NCBI GenBank assembly: GCA_040954595.2
Contig: CM082592.2
Span: forward strand, 11,813,912 to 11,877,911
Direction of reading: 5' to 3'
DNA from: Balanoglossus misakiensis
Taxonomy: Eukaryota > Animalia > Hemichordata
DNA length: 64,000 nucleotides
Shown piece by piece: positions 12,685 to 49,574 of this stretch. Positions within the stretch are counted from its first letter, which is position 1; every line of letters begins with the position of its first letter. The translations under genes and the position numbers were made by a program. The notes under the pieces were generated by a model. The model saw only the letters and a program-made list of their open reading frames with translations, did not search any database and had not been told where the DNA came from.

Positions 12685-15600
12685 CCTCACCTCCAATTAG
12701 GGAATTTACTCTTCTGGGTAGATTATCTAAAAGAACACGCCAGCTATCAAGTGTTTTACAGTAAATGTTTCAGGCTTGTGTCAACCTCTTCTCGGGCAGG
12801 AACATATCACTGCCAGAGTACACCAGATTAATTGTATCGTGAAATGTTCTGCTTTGATGTATTTACTTGATGAATCCTGAGTTCCGCTCATTTGAGATGA
12901 TTATTCGGTCGGTAATTTAAGTTTGATGATGTGTTTGCCAATCGCGAGGTCCGTCAGGTCATTAAGCCATTAACTGATCATGAATACAGATGATAACACG
13001 TTAGTGATGTCGGTGCCTTTTCAGGAAATGTCCATTCCAGCCATGCATATATGTTTTCCTTTTTCATGTCACCCTTGAGGGCAAAATATTTTCAACATGT
13101 CTTGCTATAAAGGTTTTGACAACTACATTGAATGAAACCAGACGACCGCATAGTCAGTACCACAGACACATTTGCCAGAATGCGTATATAGAATTTGCCA
13201 TGCAGAATGTGCGATGTGGTTCACCAAATTGAACCGCCACGCTTTGCTGCATACTTATAAAAGGCAAGACGCTTCTTTGCGCTGATAACGTGGTGTTAGT
13301 TGACGGGAGTGACTTCACTAGCAACTGCCTGGAAACGGTGGCAGATGATGCGAAAAGACCCCCTAATTCTGTCAAGTTAAGCGCGATCACCCTGAAAAAA
13401 GAAAATCTCGCGTGCAGGATATTAACGCTTTTGGATGAGTAGATGTCAATTGTGAATACACATTACTTAAGTGCCGGATATAACAAGGTTATTGCATTTG
13501 AGCAACACATCATAGCATTATATCTCCTCAACATTCTACGCCTCTTTTACACTGTGATGTGAAGCGGTTCGAAGAACATCAATTTGATACCACTCTACGT
13601 GAAAATGTACAGAAGACGACAATTTTACGTTCTCAATTGAGCATGTTCCACTCTGCAAGACACTCTATCGTAAACATTTTTTCCGCTTAAAAGCTAGGAA
13701 TGTAAGCAAAGCGCATAAACGTCGTGTATTAGTGTTGGAGGCTTAAATGGCAACGTGAAGTCAACCTTTACTTTTCTACGCGACTGTTTGATCTATTAGT
13801 TCTCCGATGTTCACGCTTCTTCTCTCACGTGACGTGTTTGCGTGCGCAGTTTGACTTGTTTTTTTAAAGGTTTTACCAGAAGTGCTAAAGTCGACGACAA
13901 CTGTGCGTCATAAGGTTACTTTTGTCAATAAAATGAAAGCGATTAGATGTAAAAAATAGTTCAATTATTGACTACTTTTAGGAGAAAATTCTCAACCATT
14001 CAATCTATAGGAACGGAAGGAAGGGAATTTGCTAAAATATGGTCAGGGCCTTTCGCAGGCTTACACTCTTTCAATTGAATAAAGCCCAATTTTAATGTTC
14101 TTAACCTTTAAATCGGACACTTTTCATGAAAGGTGTATGTACAATCATAACAGTTACAGTAAAAAGGGTTCACCACCGTAAAACATACGACCATCTACTG
14201 AGAGTAATTCCCCAAGATAAATTCGCCCAACTAACAGATATCTTTGATCGAGCATTTCGCGTCATTAGATCTCTTATGGACCTCCCTGCGTGACTATACT
14301 GCGTATTAACCAAAATGTTGGTGGTGGTGTCGGCATTACCACAAAAGACAGACCACTTTTCCGCACGGAAGCAAGCGTCAGAAATCGTTAGCTGAAGTTG
14401 TTATTTCGAAATACACTTATCACTTTACACTCTATGCATTTGTCGTACTGTCTTGATGAATCGGTCAAGTTAAAAGTGACATTCACTCAACAAAGAGAAT
14501 GTTTTTTTTAAATACTTTTAACTTGAAAGGCAAATCGGCGTCTTTTGCCCGATTGTGCTTCCCTCTTTCGGTCGATGATAGTGGAGAAGTAAACAGACAG
14601 AAACTGGATTTTAATGGTCTGTATTCTGATAATAACCAGCCATACACATAAAGCGTCATACTTACTTCAATAGGCATAGCAAAATAACTTGCGGCTCCGT
14701 AGCCTTGTCTCTAGAGGCAAGTGGGCATTTCTAAGTGTGCAGTGAAGATCTCTTACAACACGTAAAACCTTGCCTGCCACAAATATGTCACGCTGACAAC
14801 GCGCAACAAAAGTTAATGAACGGAATGTAACTTGAAGCTCCTCTTTGCCAAAAGCGGCAGACCAAGAATTAATCTAGGTTTACTTTAACTTGTTAAACTC
14901 GTAGTTAACCCCGATTAATCGACTTTAAGGTTTACGCTTCCCTTTTCCGTTTGCTTTAAGCCGTAATCTCTTTTTATAAAATAGCGTTTATTTTCTTGTT
15001 TCCTGTCACAAGTTAAAGATAGGATCCATACCGCTCACTTTGGTGAAACTTTCGCCAATTTAAACACCCAAAAATATTCTCTTTATATGAGACAAACGAT
15101 GAAATGTGTGTCAAATATTATGAAACTGAAATTTCTATGCTCCCATCACAAAACTGTACGTGACTTTCGTCATTTCGTCCGTTCACCATAGACTTCTCGC
15201 TCCAGGGTCCATGGTTGCATATCAAGCAACGCTATGTTGACACAGAGAATCGCCGCGTGTGAACATCGACGTCTGCTGTGGCTTTGTGGTCGAACACAAG
15301 CGAGTCTGTGATTTCCAGACATGACAATACTTACTGTCCACAGAACGAAAAGACATGACACCCCGTGTAAACATTAATTACTATAAACGCACGACCCCCT
15401 ACCGTGTCGAAACTCGTGAGATAGTGAAAGGAACGAAACGTTGATATTCTTTAAATCCTTTCCGTGAATCGGCCAATTTCACGATATCCGTTAGTCGTTG
15501 TTGGCAGTATCGCTAAGTAAATCTTAAAGCGAGGTATTGCATACAGGATGAAGACAGAGATAAGCCTGTTTTATGGGACTTGAATCACATTCTATAGTCA

Positions 15601-18600
15601 AATTTTTGATATGAATATTGAATTTTACTAAGCCTTTCTGATAAACTGTTTTTCAATATATAAAAATGCATTAATCATGTAAGCCCTTTCCAGCAGCTAC
15701 ACTGCAACTGGACCCTCACATGAGATTTTGTCACTCACCTAGGTAGCAAAACCCTATTTAACGCAGTGACCACTGTAGCCTATGTTAGCGAACTGTAAAC
15801 GTGGATTAAAATAACGTTTCCATCTTCGTAATTAAAATCTTCATTCATAAGAACTACGTGTGAAAAGTCAGATGAAAAGGAACCCTTCCAAGCACAACAC
15901 AAAAAAGTACTTTATTTGTTCCCTTGTTGCCGGTAAATTTCTTTTATGACGTCAAAGACTTTCTATGCGGTTAATATGATGTTATTTGTTAACACGACGC
16001 GATACAAGTGCTGTTTGTGCTTCGTGAAAAGAACGCATTTACATGATTACAATATCTAACTTTCTATGTGGTCTTCACATTCATATATCACCAAGGAAGC
16101 CATGTAATGAATAAATTAACTTTACCTTGATGTCAATTAACTTAAAAGCCAATCAATTTCTAAAGTTGAGAAGAGCTACTTTCTTGCGCTCCTGAAAGTA
16201 CTGCCGCAGCGTGAACAGCATCCCCCTTGAAAATAACTTTTGTACGGCGCAGACCGCACGCAGCCCAGAGGTCATGGCCATATTTGTTTTCTAGAGCACA
16301 GCCCTAGAGCACAGTTTTTAGTGTTCAGACTTTGAGTCCAATTGATAATTCAGAACTGAATTGTTCCATAAAGAATAATATTAACTAGTAATTGCAAGTC
16401 TATAGTGATCTTAACTATACATTTATAAGCCCCAATGACTTATTCCGAAATATTTTGTACCATTAATATCCAAAGACAGTGTAGAACCATTACGCAAACG
16501 TCGAATGATCAAGAGGCCGCGCTAAGTCATCCAATATTATCGGTTTTTACACCTACATTTAGCTTGCGGTGACTTTTAAGTCATAAGTACTGCCACACGA
16601 ATCACGACATTGTGTTTAAATATGGTCAACGAATTGGAGACCAAAAAAATTAAACAACATACCTGATAATGTGACTTCTTACAATTTAAGCAATTGTTCT
16701 ACTTCTCTTCTTTGGCTAGTCTGGAAGAAGTATAAACATAGCATAAGAAACGGCTTGTCTTAATCGACAGGAGGGTATACTTTTGCGTGGAGTCCTACAG
16801 ACTGCGAGAGCATGGTATATGTCCACTCTGGCGTATGTTGATTGCTATCATGAAAACGTTAGTGTTAGCCTTTTTTGTATGGCGGTATACCTCACGCTGC
16901 CATAGCAACATGATGTCACGCCGTAATCTGCATTATTATCACTTCGCTGTATAAATTTAAAACTGTCCAACGGGCAGGCATTCTGAGGTATCCATGAACA
17001 CAATCAACAAAACATCACAACAAGCAACGCACAGGTTTATTTTCGTCACTTCTGGACATTTTAATGAGTGGAGTGCCAGATAACCACAAACAGGAACCAC
17101 ATTCGTCTGTGTGGTTTTCTACAAATCTCTCCGGCCTACAAAGATATGCTTTGGTATCATAAGCATCAATATAAAGGAAATGTCTATAGTCGAAATAATT
17201 CTGGACGTTCATGAACAGAGCTTGGTTACACATGAATGAAGTAGATCAGTGGAAAGGAAAAAATGGACAACCTTGAGGAGCTAAAATTAGTTTTTCTTTG
17301 AATGTTTTGCTGATTGTATTGAAAATTTGATCTGATATTGGGTTTCATTCTTTGCAGGTATCAAATTGATCTTCCGGGTAGAATCTGTTCTTTGACGACA
17401 TCGCAAACTTAGTTCTGACCGCTGCTTAATCAGCTTTAGCTTCTCTCCGGCAATAATTAGAATTTTCCCGGCTAGGCACCGATTACACCTTGTTGGTGTG
17501 TTTAATACGCCGAGGCGCGCGATGAGTTTATCTTGTATGAAATACTGATTGCCATCTTTAATCTCCCACAGACTGTGGCTTGTTTTCGTGCTTCTGGGTA
17601 TAAACACATGTGTGTAGTTCAATAGTGGCTTTTGAACGTATTATCTATTGGCGAACATAGCTTTGCAGATAACGTCCCTGCCCCCATATTTCCTTCGGAG
17701 TAAGACTTATCTTTCGTGCGACAGTAGCAAGCGTGCCTGGTTGACGATTTTGTTGATCTAAGCTATAACAACTGCAATGTTAACCCACTTAGCTTCTTTT
17801 GATAAACTGCCAGCAATCCTGACTTGCGATAATTTATTCATCATTTTCTTGAACAACCCACACCTTCACATATTGGTTCACCTTTATCATTCTGGAAAAG
17901 TGATACTTGCAACAAAATGTGGTGCGAAGTGATCTTGGTGGGTGGCCAGGTCCTCTTAGCTGTCGTTTCCCAACGGGATATTCGCTTGACACTAATCATG
18001 ACCTTGAGGTTTCACTTTCGTCAAACATGAATGATTTATGTCTAGACGTCAGGCCATAAAACATGTCAACACTTAATGCGTCATGTCCAATCATAGAAGT
18101 TTCGGTAAAACATAGAATGATTATTAAAGCTTTACAATTTGCAAGTGAAAGTGACCCACATGGGAGTTAATATTTTGCGTGATTTTCTTGTGCGTAAGTG
18201 CTAAGAGAGCATATGCGAATATATACATGACTAGAGTTTGATCTATTCCCTTCGTACTAGATTCGTTTTTCAACAGAGCGTGAATCTGCGTTGTCTTGCC
18301 TTTTGCTGAATTTTATACAGCGTGAAACTATATGCAAATAATATAAAGTCGGTAACTGGAATTCGTGCTGTGTTTTTCTTTGACTTCACATGACCTAGGT
18401 CAACAGTTGTTTGGTTATCCATTGCCCATACATTGAGGAAAATTGGCCTCCAACATGCACGTTGTTCGTCATACTTGATATGTGTATAACGACCATTCTT
18501 GATTTGCACTTCAATAGTGACCTTGCAATCAATAAAACTTTTTTTCAAAGCTTGTAGTGCTGATCACACCCTTTTCAATGATTTCCCACTTCGGTGGAAT

Positions 18601-19354
18601 TTTGAATAACAGTTCTTATTTTGCTACTTTGCATTTACAAAAGTGAGGTATTACCTTGATATTTTCTTTTCTCCAAATCAGTATGGTTGGAGTGGTTTGT
18701 TAACAACGGTCATGCATGATTAATTTGCATATATCCTTAGACGTACATGTGATGTTTTGTTGCCGTGCTCAATGAATTGTTTACACCTTAGGTAGGATTT
18801 GAAGAATAACCCAGGACTCCAAAATTGGACGTTTTTTGAGTCTTATTATTGCTTTGATTGAATCAATATCCGTTCAATTTGTGTGACGGCAGCGATGTTA
18901 CCTCGCTACATTGGGATTTAATGGCAATGTTCTTACAATTATTAAACGTGTAAAGTAACCTGTCAATCATTGTAAACTCGCTATTGTCCTCTTATTCCGC
19001 CAAGAAGGATGGAGGGATTTTCAGACGGTTAAACATAGCAAGGCGTGTGAAAGAAATTGGATAATAATTCAGTGTGGGGCATTTCTGCCCGGATAGTCTT
19101 ATAATATTTAATACCAGTTTCCAACAAAGCAAAAAAAGCATACAGTTGCAAGAATTGCCATCCTGCACGTTGAGAAAATAGGAAACCTAAATTGAGTGGC
19201 ATAATGACGTCGTTTGGTGCCGTGCCCGCTCCGGATATGTGTATTATTAACAATTCAACTCGTACTGCATTGGCTATGTTTAGTTCAAATTACTTGACCT
19301 AATTATCGTGGCATATAGGGCTGGGGACACATTCCCTACTGCAGCAGCATCATA

Positions 19355-19371
19355 TGTGTGTGTGTGTGTGT
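19355..19371. repeat. (TG)n microsatellite, about 8 units
   Basis: tgtgtgtgtgtgtgtgt read directly. Confidence 0.8.
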
Positions 19372-22300
19372 ATGACATGAATATCATTACCTAATGGTAA
19401 TACAAAGAGAACGCTTGAATATCATGAATGAATGATTAGAGGAACAATATAAAAGCAACCAGCTCAAGCACCCTGCGCGAATATGCAAGATTGCAAACCC
19501 TTTAAAATGAACCTTGATGTGAAAAAGACAATGTTATAATAGGCTTTTCACGGGAGCTAAAACCAATTGCGAATTTCATTATCGCCATTGGTCTCTTGGT
19601 TTGTTAGAGCTAATGAACAGAAGCAAGGCTTTACTCTGGCAACAAGAGAGGTATTGAAGATATTGAAGTAGGCTTTCCTTCTGCTTTGTATTGTTGCATT
19701 TTATATATTCTTTCTTTGATGCTTTAATGTGACCCATATTGCTATTATATCCCCTGTAATTGGCAAGTCTTTCAAATGTTTTCACTTTTTCATGTTTCCC
19801 AGTTGTCCTTTGTAAATGCCATGACAACGGCAAGGAAATCGTGATCCGTTTCGAAGAAAATCCAGAAACTGTAGATTATGTTTTAGCTAGCATTTACGAA
19901 TATCCTTCAGATATTCTGCCATAGAATATATATACATGTACATCCCGCAGATTTTTAATTAACCTAAGTCACCCTGGATTACAAAAATGCGGTTTAAATT
20001 TATGGTTTTGGTAAAACCAAACGATGATGCATTTTCGTTCCATCGTCCCCTTGGCAGCGAGGAAATTCTAGCCTATTTTGACAAAGGGCATGGCTCAAAC
20101 GAAGAAAATTGATGATAAAAGCAGTATGATCTCACCTTAGCGAATGAAATACTAAGACGCTTCCAAAAATCAGTTTCAACTAAAAAATCAAAATCTCCGA
20201 TCACAGTTACGGCTAATGTGTTGGCCACTTTGTGCCGAAGAAAGGCGGAAGCTTGTTGATCTGTTGTACAAATCCGTGCAAGGCGACAAGCAAATGACTA
20301 CAAACACGAAATTGCTTGAGCACAAAACAGCTGAAATGTATATGCAGAAAAACTACCCACCCAGATCACTTGCTTTCAGTGTGGCAACTGTCCGTACACT
20401 TGATAAATTAATATCTTTCGGCAATGTCTTGAAAGAGCCAGAGATGAAGCTCTTTGGAAACTGTTCAGTTCTTGTCGGGAAGTTAAAGTCACTATTCTCC
20501 ACGCGTGTACCGATGAGTGTGTTGAAAATTGTATTCGGGATCTAAGGAAGATTATTTTCCTGCGCATGCGTTATTAAAGGGGGCTCCACAATGTTATTAC
20601 CGTGGCTTCAGGGTATTCAATCTGAATTTGAACTCAGTTCAGTAAAATGATGTAACAATTTTATTAGGCTTCTTTTCACACAATTCAATTTTGCTTTATG
20701 TCCACTAAGATGTAGCTGTTTCCAGGAAATCAAAATATCTAGTCTGATATACTTTGTCGATATTTGAAACGTTTTTGACACGAAGTGATCCATCTTTAAC
20801 GCTGATCTTGACGTTTGCCCATTACAGCTCTATCAGCTTCATTTCTTTTATCTCTAATGTACCCTCATTAAGATTTAAATGGATGTAATATTGATAAATG
20901 CGTTAATACCATGTGTAGGTGTTGTTTTTCTAAAGTGAACATTTTCCTGTTGTCTAGGTTGATATTCGTTAAGTTGCTCTTAAACCGTGTGTCTGTTAAT
21001 GTAATGGATGTGAGCAATTGCTTACAGTCGCTATCTGTTCATTTAGTCTGAGTATCGCTGGCAGCCAGCCAAGCCAAAACATCCAAGTCGACCATCTGAA
21101 AAGGAAACCCATCAACAATAATTAATCACCACGAAATTAGGTATGATAAATAGTGTATGAACTATACATTCTTTGTCAAATTAGCTTTGTGAGCAGACGC
21201 ATTAAGATAAATCGGATAGACTTCGGAAAGACATAAAACTCAACTGAGCTGGCTTTGGGGTACACCTGCCACGTTTGCTTATCCCATCGATTATCTAACC
21301 GTAAGGGTTGATAATAAAACTCGACTTCAAGACTTCCTATTAGACCCGTAAATGAACTGTGCAGTTATCAAAAAGTGGAGAACATGTTTTGTTGAATGTT
21401 TCAAGTTTCTAAATGTTCGTCATAAGGATGTGGCGAATCCCGAAGGGATGTGTTTTAAAGTAGAATTATACTTCCTCCAAATCTCATCAGCCGATGATTG
21501 AGACAAGCGGAAAACACCTGCCCAAACCTCTCCGTCATCAGCGCGACTTATATGTTCAATAATTTGGCCATATTTGTTGCAATCAGACTTGGGGATTTAA
21601 TCAGCCGAGGCTTTCCTATTATGTTCACTATGTTCAATCTGGGGATACAAACTGAAAGATGGTGAAATGGTGTACCGTGACTCGTAATCAAGATTAGTCT
21701 GTTGTTCTTAATGCAGATACCGTAGGCGATTACTCGGAGCATTTCCGTTTATTTAAAAAAAATAATGCAAGAGTAATTCGTAACTAAAGACATCGATTTG
21801 GAACCGATAAAAATAAATAATTAAATAGAACCTGGTATGGTCTTCCAATGCACGAAGTCCACTTCCAGCCAGTGAAACGCAATACCATTACATTAACGTC
21901 CAATCTAGAAGACTGATCAAATTTTGTCATACACAAAATATCATACAAACTCAAATATGCAAATATCGTTTCTGGCTCTATTTTTGCACCATTAAATTTA
22001 ACTTTTCGTCCGCGAGAGTAGAAATCACACTGCTTTCATTGAAAGAATCGTCGAGGAAGCCGAGATATGGTTGATACACAGTATCTCATAAAATGGAGTC
22101 TGTCCAACAAGTCTTGTGTTAAAAAGACTTCTATGTAATTATTCAATATCCCCTAAAATGGCGTTCACTTTACAATGCCAGTCCGAGGGAGAAATGTCAC
22201 TCGTCTTCTGTGTTAATGAGGGAGTCTCGCTAATACACAACTAACCCCTTCGCGAAGTTTCCTTTCAGAAATGCCACTTGAAATTGAATGATTGATGTCT

Positions 22301-25300
22301 TTTATAACTTTCGTAATATGACTGAACCAGAAGCATTCGACAAAATGTATATCACTGCATAGTACACCTGGGCTCTTTGGATCGTGTGCATTCAATAGAT
22401 TACATGTATGCATCTGTCAACTATGTCTGTCGTTCCCCAAGAGCTTAAGTGGATTTTCTGTAGGCACAAAGGGAAAAAAAAGAGCGAACATGAAACTTTT
22501 CACCCAGAAGCGTTGCCAACAGCTGTTTTCTTAGCAACTGCGCGGAAAAGAGATTATTAGGACACTCCACGTACATCGAGGTAGAGAAACGGGATAATTT
22601 TTGTATACTTTAAGTTTGAAACCGGTTGAGGAATTACTCGCATGATCACATCCACATCTTGTCTCTTTCTGAAGGAATGTACAGTTAAAAAATAAGAGAT
22701 CTTTATCATTATGTGTAACTCTGCGGAAACGTTGAGACCATTGACGCTTTGTAAAGATTTTGTTACAGAGGTCTCTCTCTTAAATTAGTTTCAACCTACG
22801 CAAAAATCGCGAGATTTCACGCAGTGTTCAGCCTCATTGGACATTACATGTATATCTCCCAACTTTATTGAATAACAGCCTGTCAGTTTGGTAGGCGAGA
22901 TTTTTTGCTCTCCCTCATCATAGCTGAAATGGTGTTCGTTGTATTTGAAGATTCGCGCCGTGACATCCAAATGACTACAATTTGGGTGCAGATATTAACT
23001 CATTATCTGACCATTATCTCAATTATAACCCAGGAAATGACCATTATCGTGAAATGACAACGATAAATAATGCGCGGTGATTCTGCTATGCGACCTTTCC
23101 AAAACGACCGGCAAAATTATGAACTTTGTGATTTTGTGAAAGAAGCGAGAGGTACAGAGAATGGAAGAGTACAACTCCAATTGAAACTGAAGTTAGGCAG
23201 ATATTGAATTATGTGGGCCCGGGAGAACCCTGTGCCTTGCCATTAATATAACAGAGTTTAATGACTAGAGTGACAAGGATCGCCGTAAAAACGGTGTCGA
23301 TAACTTGATTAATGTTGTAGTTTTGTTTAGTGTACTGACGAGGTGGTTGGACCATATATTTGTTAATGATTCGACAATTTAAAATATGTCAGAAGGTTTT
23401 GGGGATTTCGCCCAATTTATCCTCCAATTTTGAAGAGTACGTTCATCTCAGAATCAAGACTACTTGCTCTGATAACCTATTTTTGGCTAAATGGACCTTT
23501 TGGAAAGTAACACGTCACACTGATGATCGTAAGAAACCATTAAACATCTTTAATTGACAAATGAAGAGGCATGTCCCTCGGCATAACGTCTCTGTTAACG
23601 GTGATATTTCCCTCGGCTTGGTATAATAAGAAGTCCAGATTTAATATCAACGCTGCATAAAACTGAAAACAAATCTAATTTATCCCTCATTTCTCTGCAA
23701 GTCTGGTCTTGAATTAAATCGATTCATCTGTGCCCTTAGACATTATATCCTAAATGTTATGGGTGTATACAGGATAAGAATCGAATTTTACCGACGAAAT
23801 TTGGATTGTAACCTTATTGGTGACACGTTATTCCATTTACGCAAGCGAAAACGCATTCAAACGCTACTTTCTAAAAGACTTAGTGATGTTCCTTTGTATA
23901 ACTTATAGCCTTTACAGACCACGTGACCTTCTCAGGCCCTAATTGTATGAATTGCCGAAATTGTGTTGTCCAAAAGGAGGCTAGCTGAGTGATACATGTA
24001 GGTCAACAGTTTCTTGGTGTACGTAAAAGTTTGGAAGCATTTTGACCTTCTTGTAACACGCTCGGGGCATCTGAGGTCATGGGCACAAATCTATTTGTTT
24101 GATGCAATTTGCAGAATTGTATTCGCTGTTTGCTAGTAATAGGGGAAGTTCAATTACAATTAACGTTAATGGCAGTGGACATTTTGCCGTTCGATTTACA
24201 CGCACACCGGCGGCAAATAACTTCGTTACTTCCTGTTTTGATCATTTGTCGCCAATGGACCACATACAGCTCCGTCCTAGTTATTAGTATGTTCATGTCA
24301 GACGCACTTCTCGAAAATTAACAAGAGACAGGGAGAGGATGCTCTGATGGAAACCAAGAGTGGATTCAATTATACCAATCCATCAAACCGCATTTCGTAT
24401 TCCTGCCAAAATACCTCCCTTATTGAAAAAATTAACCTGAAGATGAATAAGGCGAGGAACGTGATTTGTTATTATCAAATTCCGCGTCTTTCTTTTCACA
24501 AGCATCTGTACAAGACAACGATTTTTTCTCTCCGTGGTGCCGTCATTTCCCGAAGTGAAGTTTCCAAGGACGGTCCGAGGGCATGCGTTGGCCTGGTGAC
24601 AACATGCTTGTCGACAACAAACATTTTCGATCGAGTCATTTCTATTTGCAGCAAAAGCGTCGCACGATATTCAAAGCACATTCAATTATTCTTCACGCCA
24701 GAGCAAAAAACCTCGAAATCACGTGACCAAAATTGCACAAGAAAATAAATCATTTATAAATTCTCTTTTCAGACTATAATCATGTACATGCATTTGGTTT
24801 TATCGGACTTGTAGCACCGCGATCGCTACAAGGCAAACAAGTAACCGCGGGGTGAAAGCGATGCATTCCCGACAGTGATTAGTTGTGAGCACGGGGAAGT
24901 TGAAATATAGCGATCAATATTTTAACAGACTGGCAGTCACTTCTGCTTGGGGTACACTCCGCCTCAAGAATATTCAGAGCTGCGTTTTCATAAATCTGTA
25001 AACATGACATGATCAGGAAAGGGAAAAAATTACTATGGTTAATGATAAGTAAACAAATTAATAAATCAGTGCCCAGCTTTTGTGGAACATTTTCCTTCGC
25101 TGTTTAATAATTCATGGTGCATTTAATGTTGTGTGAATTAAAAAAAAAGTACATGAAGTAATGCATCTGGGATTTAAGAATTAACAACATGAATGAAACA
25201 TTTTCCTCTAAGTGATTTTACATGTCAATCAGCCAAACTTTCGCACGTGGGATTATCAAATTTCTTAGGCAGTTTTTTTCAAAGAAAAAATTGCCTTTCG

Positions 25301-26241
25301 ATGAATTCGAGATATCTTGAGCGTTAATCTGTTGTGATTCGCGGGGAAGCGAAGTAACAATGTAGTCTGAATAAATATGATCATGGTACAGTTTTGGGTT
25401 TGTGTTTCTGTCAGCTGCCATTGCAGTGTTACAGTTTTCAATGTAAATCCGTGGAGGGCGTGCTGCCTCCAAGTCCTTTTCCCATTCCTACCATTGACCC
25501 CAGAGAGAATATGTGGTTGTATGACCCAACCAATCTCATCAGTATGTGTGGCTATGTCAGCTTGGCCTTTCAGTGACTTCGTTGCGACCCTTCAGTGCTC
25601 GTCTGACACTGCAACCTGTATGTCTATTGTATCGTTTGCTTTCATGTTCATTCAAGTCGTATTCGCAACTTGTCATGCATGTACAACTCTTTTGTTAGAG
25701 AATGAAGGCGTTTCAAAAATCAATCATTGACCCATCTCTGCCACCGTACCGTCCCTGGGGTAATATGTTTTGGAAGCGTGAACTGTGCATACCAAACCAG
25801 ATCCCCGTTCTTTTATCAGATAGTCGTGTCGCGAGACGAATCAAGATACTTTCTCTTGATGGCCCTTTCTAATTCAGAAACACGTTTTCCAATGCGGGTA
25901 GCTAGTTCAAAAAAAGAAATTATATTTTTGCTGTCTTCCATCAGAAAAAATATAATGTTACATGTACATGTATATATAACAGCGCCATTAATTATAAATC
26001 ATCTGTATCACATGTCACGATTCCCCAAAAATAATTTTTGTAGTAAATTGTCGTGTAGATAACAAAATATTGGGTAACAAAACACATCGCATGGACAAAC
26101 ACACCAAATAATATCCCATTGTTCGGACAAATCCACCAACACCCCTATGTTGTTTAGAATAGACCTCCCTGTTTTATTATCATTGAAAGGGAAAGTCATT
26201 GTACGTGAGAAACCAAGTCAAACGGTCAGTGGACATCAAAA

Positions 26242-47812
<21,571 letters not shown>

Positions 47813-49574
47813 CACAGGCGTCTTTTGTATGTCTGTGTATTTAATTAAAAAAATAAAAAAATGCAATATCAGAATTGAAACTTTGTAAAAAAATCGTAGT
47901 GGAATGAACAAAGTTCACCTTGATGAAAGGGAACCTTTTTGCTCAGTTTTTGTAATTTGTTACGAAAAAGAAATTTACAAATTATACCTTGAAATCAGCA
48001 CTACCAAAGTGGTAATGTAAACAGAATTATTCAGTTTTTCCACATATACTTTAGGATATCCAGATATCGTCTCAATGTGGCTGCCCCAAAGTTCAGATAA
48101 CTGTAACGGGATAGGATGGATAAAATGTATTAATTTCACTGAAAAAAAGTGGTGCTTTCATTTGGGGTTCTCAATTCCTTGATAGTCAATAGGCTTTTAG
48201 TTGTATATATTTCAATGGAAAGTCGTCATCACAAGTTTTTAAGAATGTAATTATTCAGAATACATTCATAGTATGAAATTTTCTTCGAAAAGAAAATATT
48301 CGGTCTCCTTCCTTGTCACGTCAACATGGAGGCACATTTTATGAAGAATAATGTCAATTAGATCTGTTTTGTTTTTTCCAAATCTTTTGAAAGTATTTGA
48401 CTATGCAATTTCTCATTCTGGTGGCCGTCATGGCTATATATATTCCAATGTGCAAACACATCACAATGATTGAAGCTAATTTATGCAGGGTAGTGTGTTG
48501 CTGGCATTCAGAAGTCTCCCAAAGGCTCAGTACATGTTTCCACGTCATGCCAGGAACAGACTGACCTGATGATCATGTGATGTTTGATATAAAGATGGGG
48601 TTGTATATTCTGGTATAATATGAGATCACACAGGGACTTTTTTCGTACTTATTGTGATCAAAGGTTTTAGACTGGGGATTTTCAAATAAACAGAACGTCA
48701 AAATGTGTATTGTTTATATGTTTGCGCCCTCGGTGGTGATGTTTAGTGCATGCAATGAGTGCTTGTTTTTTCTTCAATAACTTGGGGAGTCTGGAGGATC
48801 ACCTGGTACCATCTGGTTCACCTGGGGTTCAGGAGGATCTGTTGTTTTTTGTGGCAGCCATTACTTCTTGATGTGCATGATTTTTAATCCTTCGACATCC
48901 TCCAGACGTGAGTTTTTGACTATCAGTTTTCATGCCAATCTGAGACGAACTTACTTATCCAAGACACTAGCATTGAAATTGATGTTGGGATGTTGTGAAA
49001 TTCCGTGTACTTTGCTGTATGGAACTTTGGTCCGTCGCTAGACATTGCTTGGACTCATGACATTGACTGTGGATTTCATTCGATCCGCAAAACGAGTGTA
49101 GAGCATCAAGAATGTGTGGTGGTGTTTCTGTGCACACTGCCCGCCGGATACACGAAGAAAGTCTGCGTCGCGGTCGAGTCGGACAGGAGGAAGACATGGA
49201 TAGATAGTAAGTCTCCACTCTAAGCATTACAATCACAGAAGACTCTCTAACATGGGAGTGTAATTGCAACATTTATTACATATGGATAATCATTCATCAT
49301 ATCAATACAAATATGATTTTGACCTAATAGATAACCCGTATTTCGAAGATTATGAAAACAAACTGAAAAGTGTTGAAAGTCTTTTGCCCAAACAAACCCT
49401 ATCTCTACATGATTGTCTGACCATTGTCGAAGTTCAGCCTCAACAAACCATACGCATTATCTCCCAGTACATGCATTCACAAACTCCTCCAATCCTGTGC
49501 ATTAGTACGCCCTCTATAGGCAGACTATCAAGTTTGTTTATTAGTACTATCTTTCAAGCATGTCTGAGTAGATT

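Noticed and set aside
8100-26200. Many 60-130 aa ORFs in the gene-poor interval
   Set aside because: No domain motifs, no coherent exon chain, many non-ATG starts; consistent with chance ORFs. No transposase or reverse transcriptase motifs seen.
48967-49272. GC-richer patch with short ORFs between the convergent EGF and C11orf54 3' ends, including a TRRKS echo of the EGF tail
   Set aside because: No convincing acceptor or recognisable protein; the five-residue match is compatible with chance.
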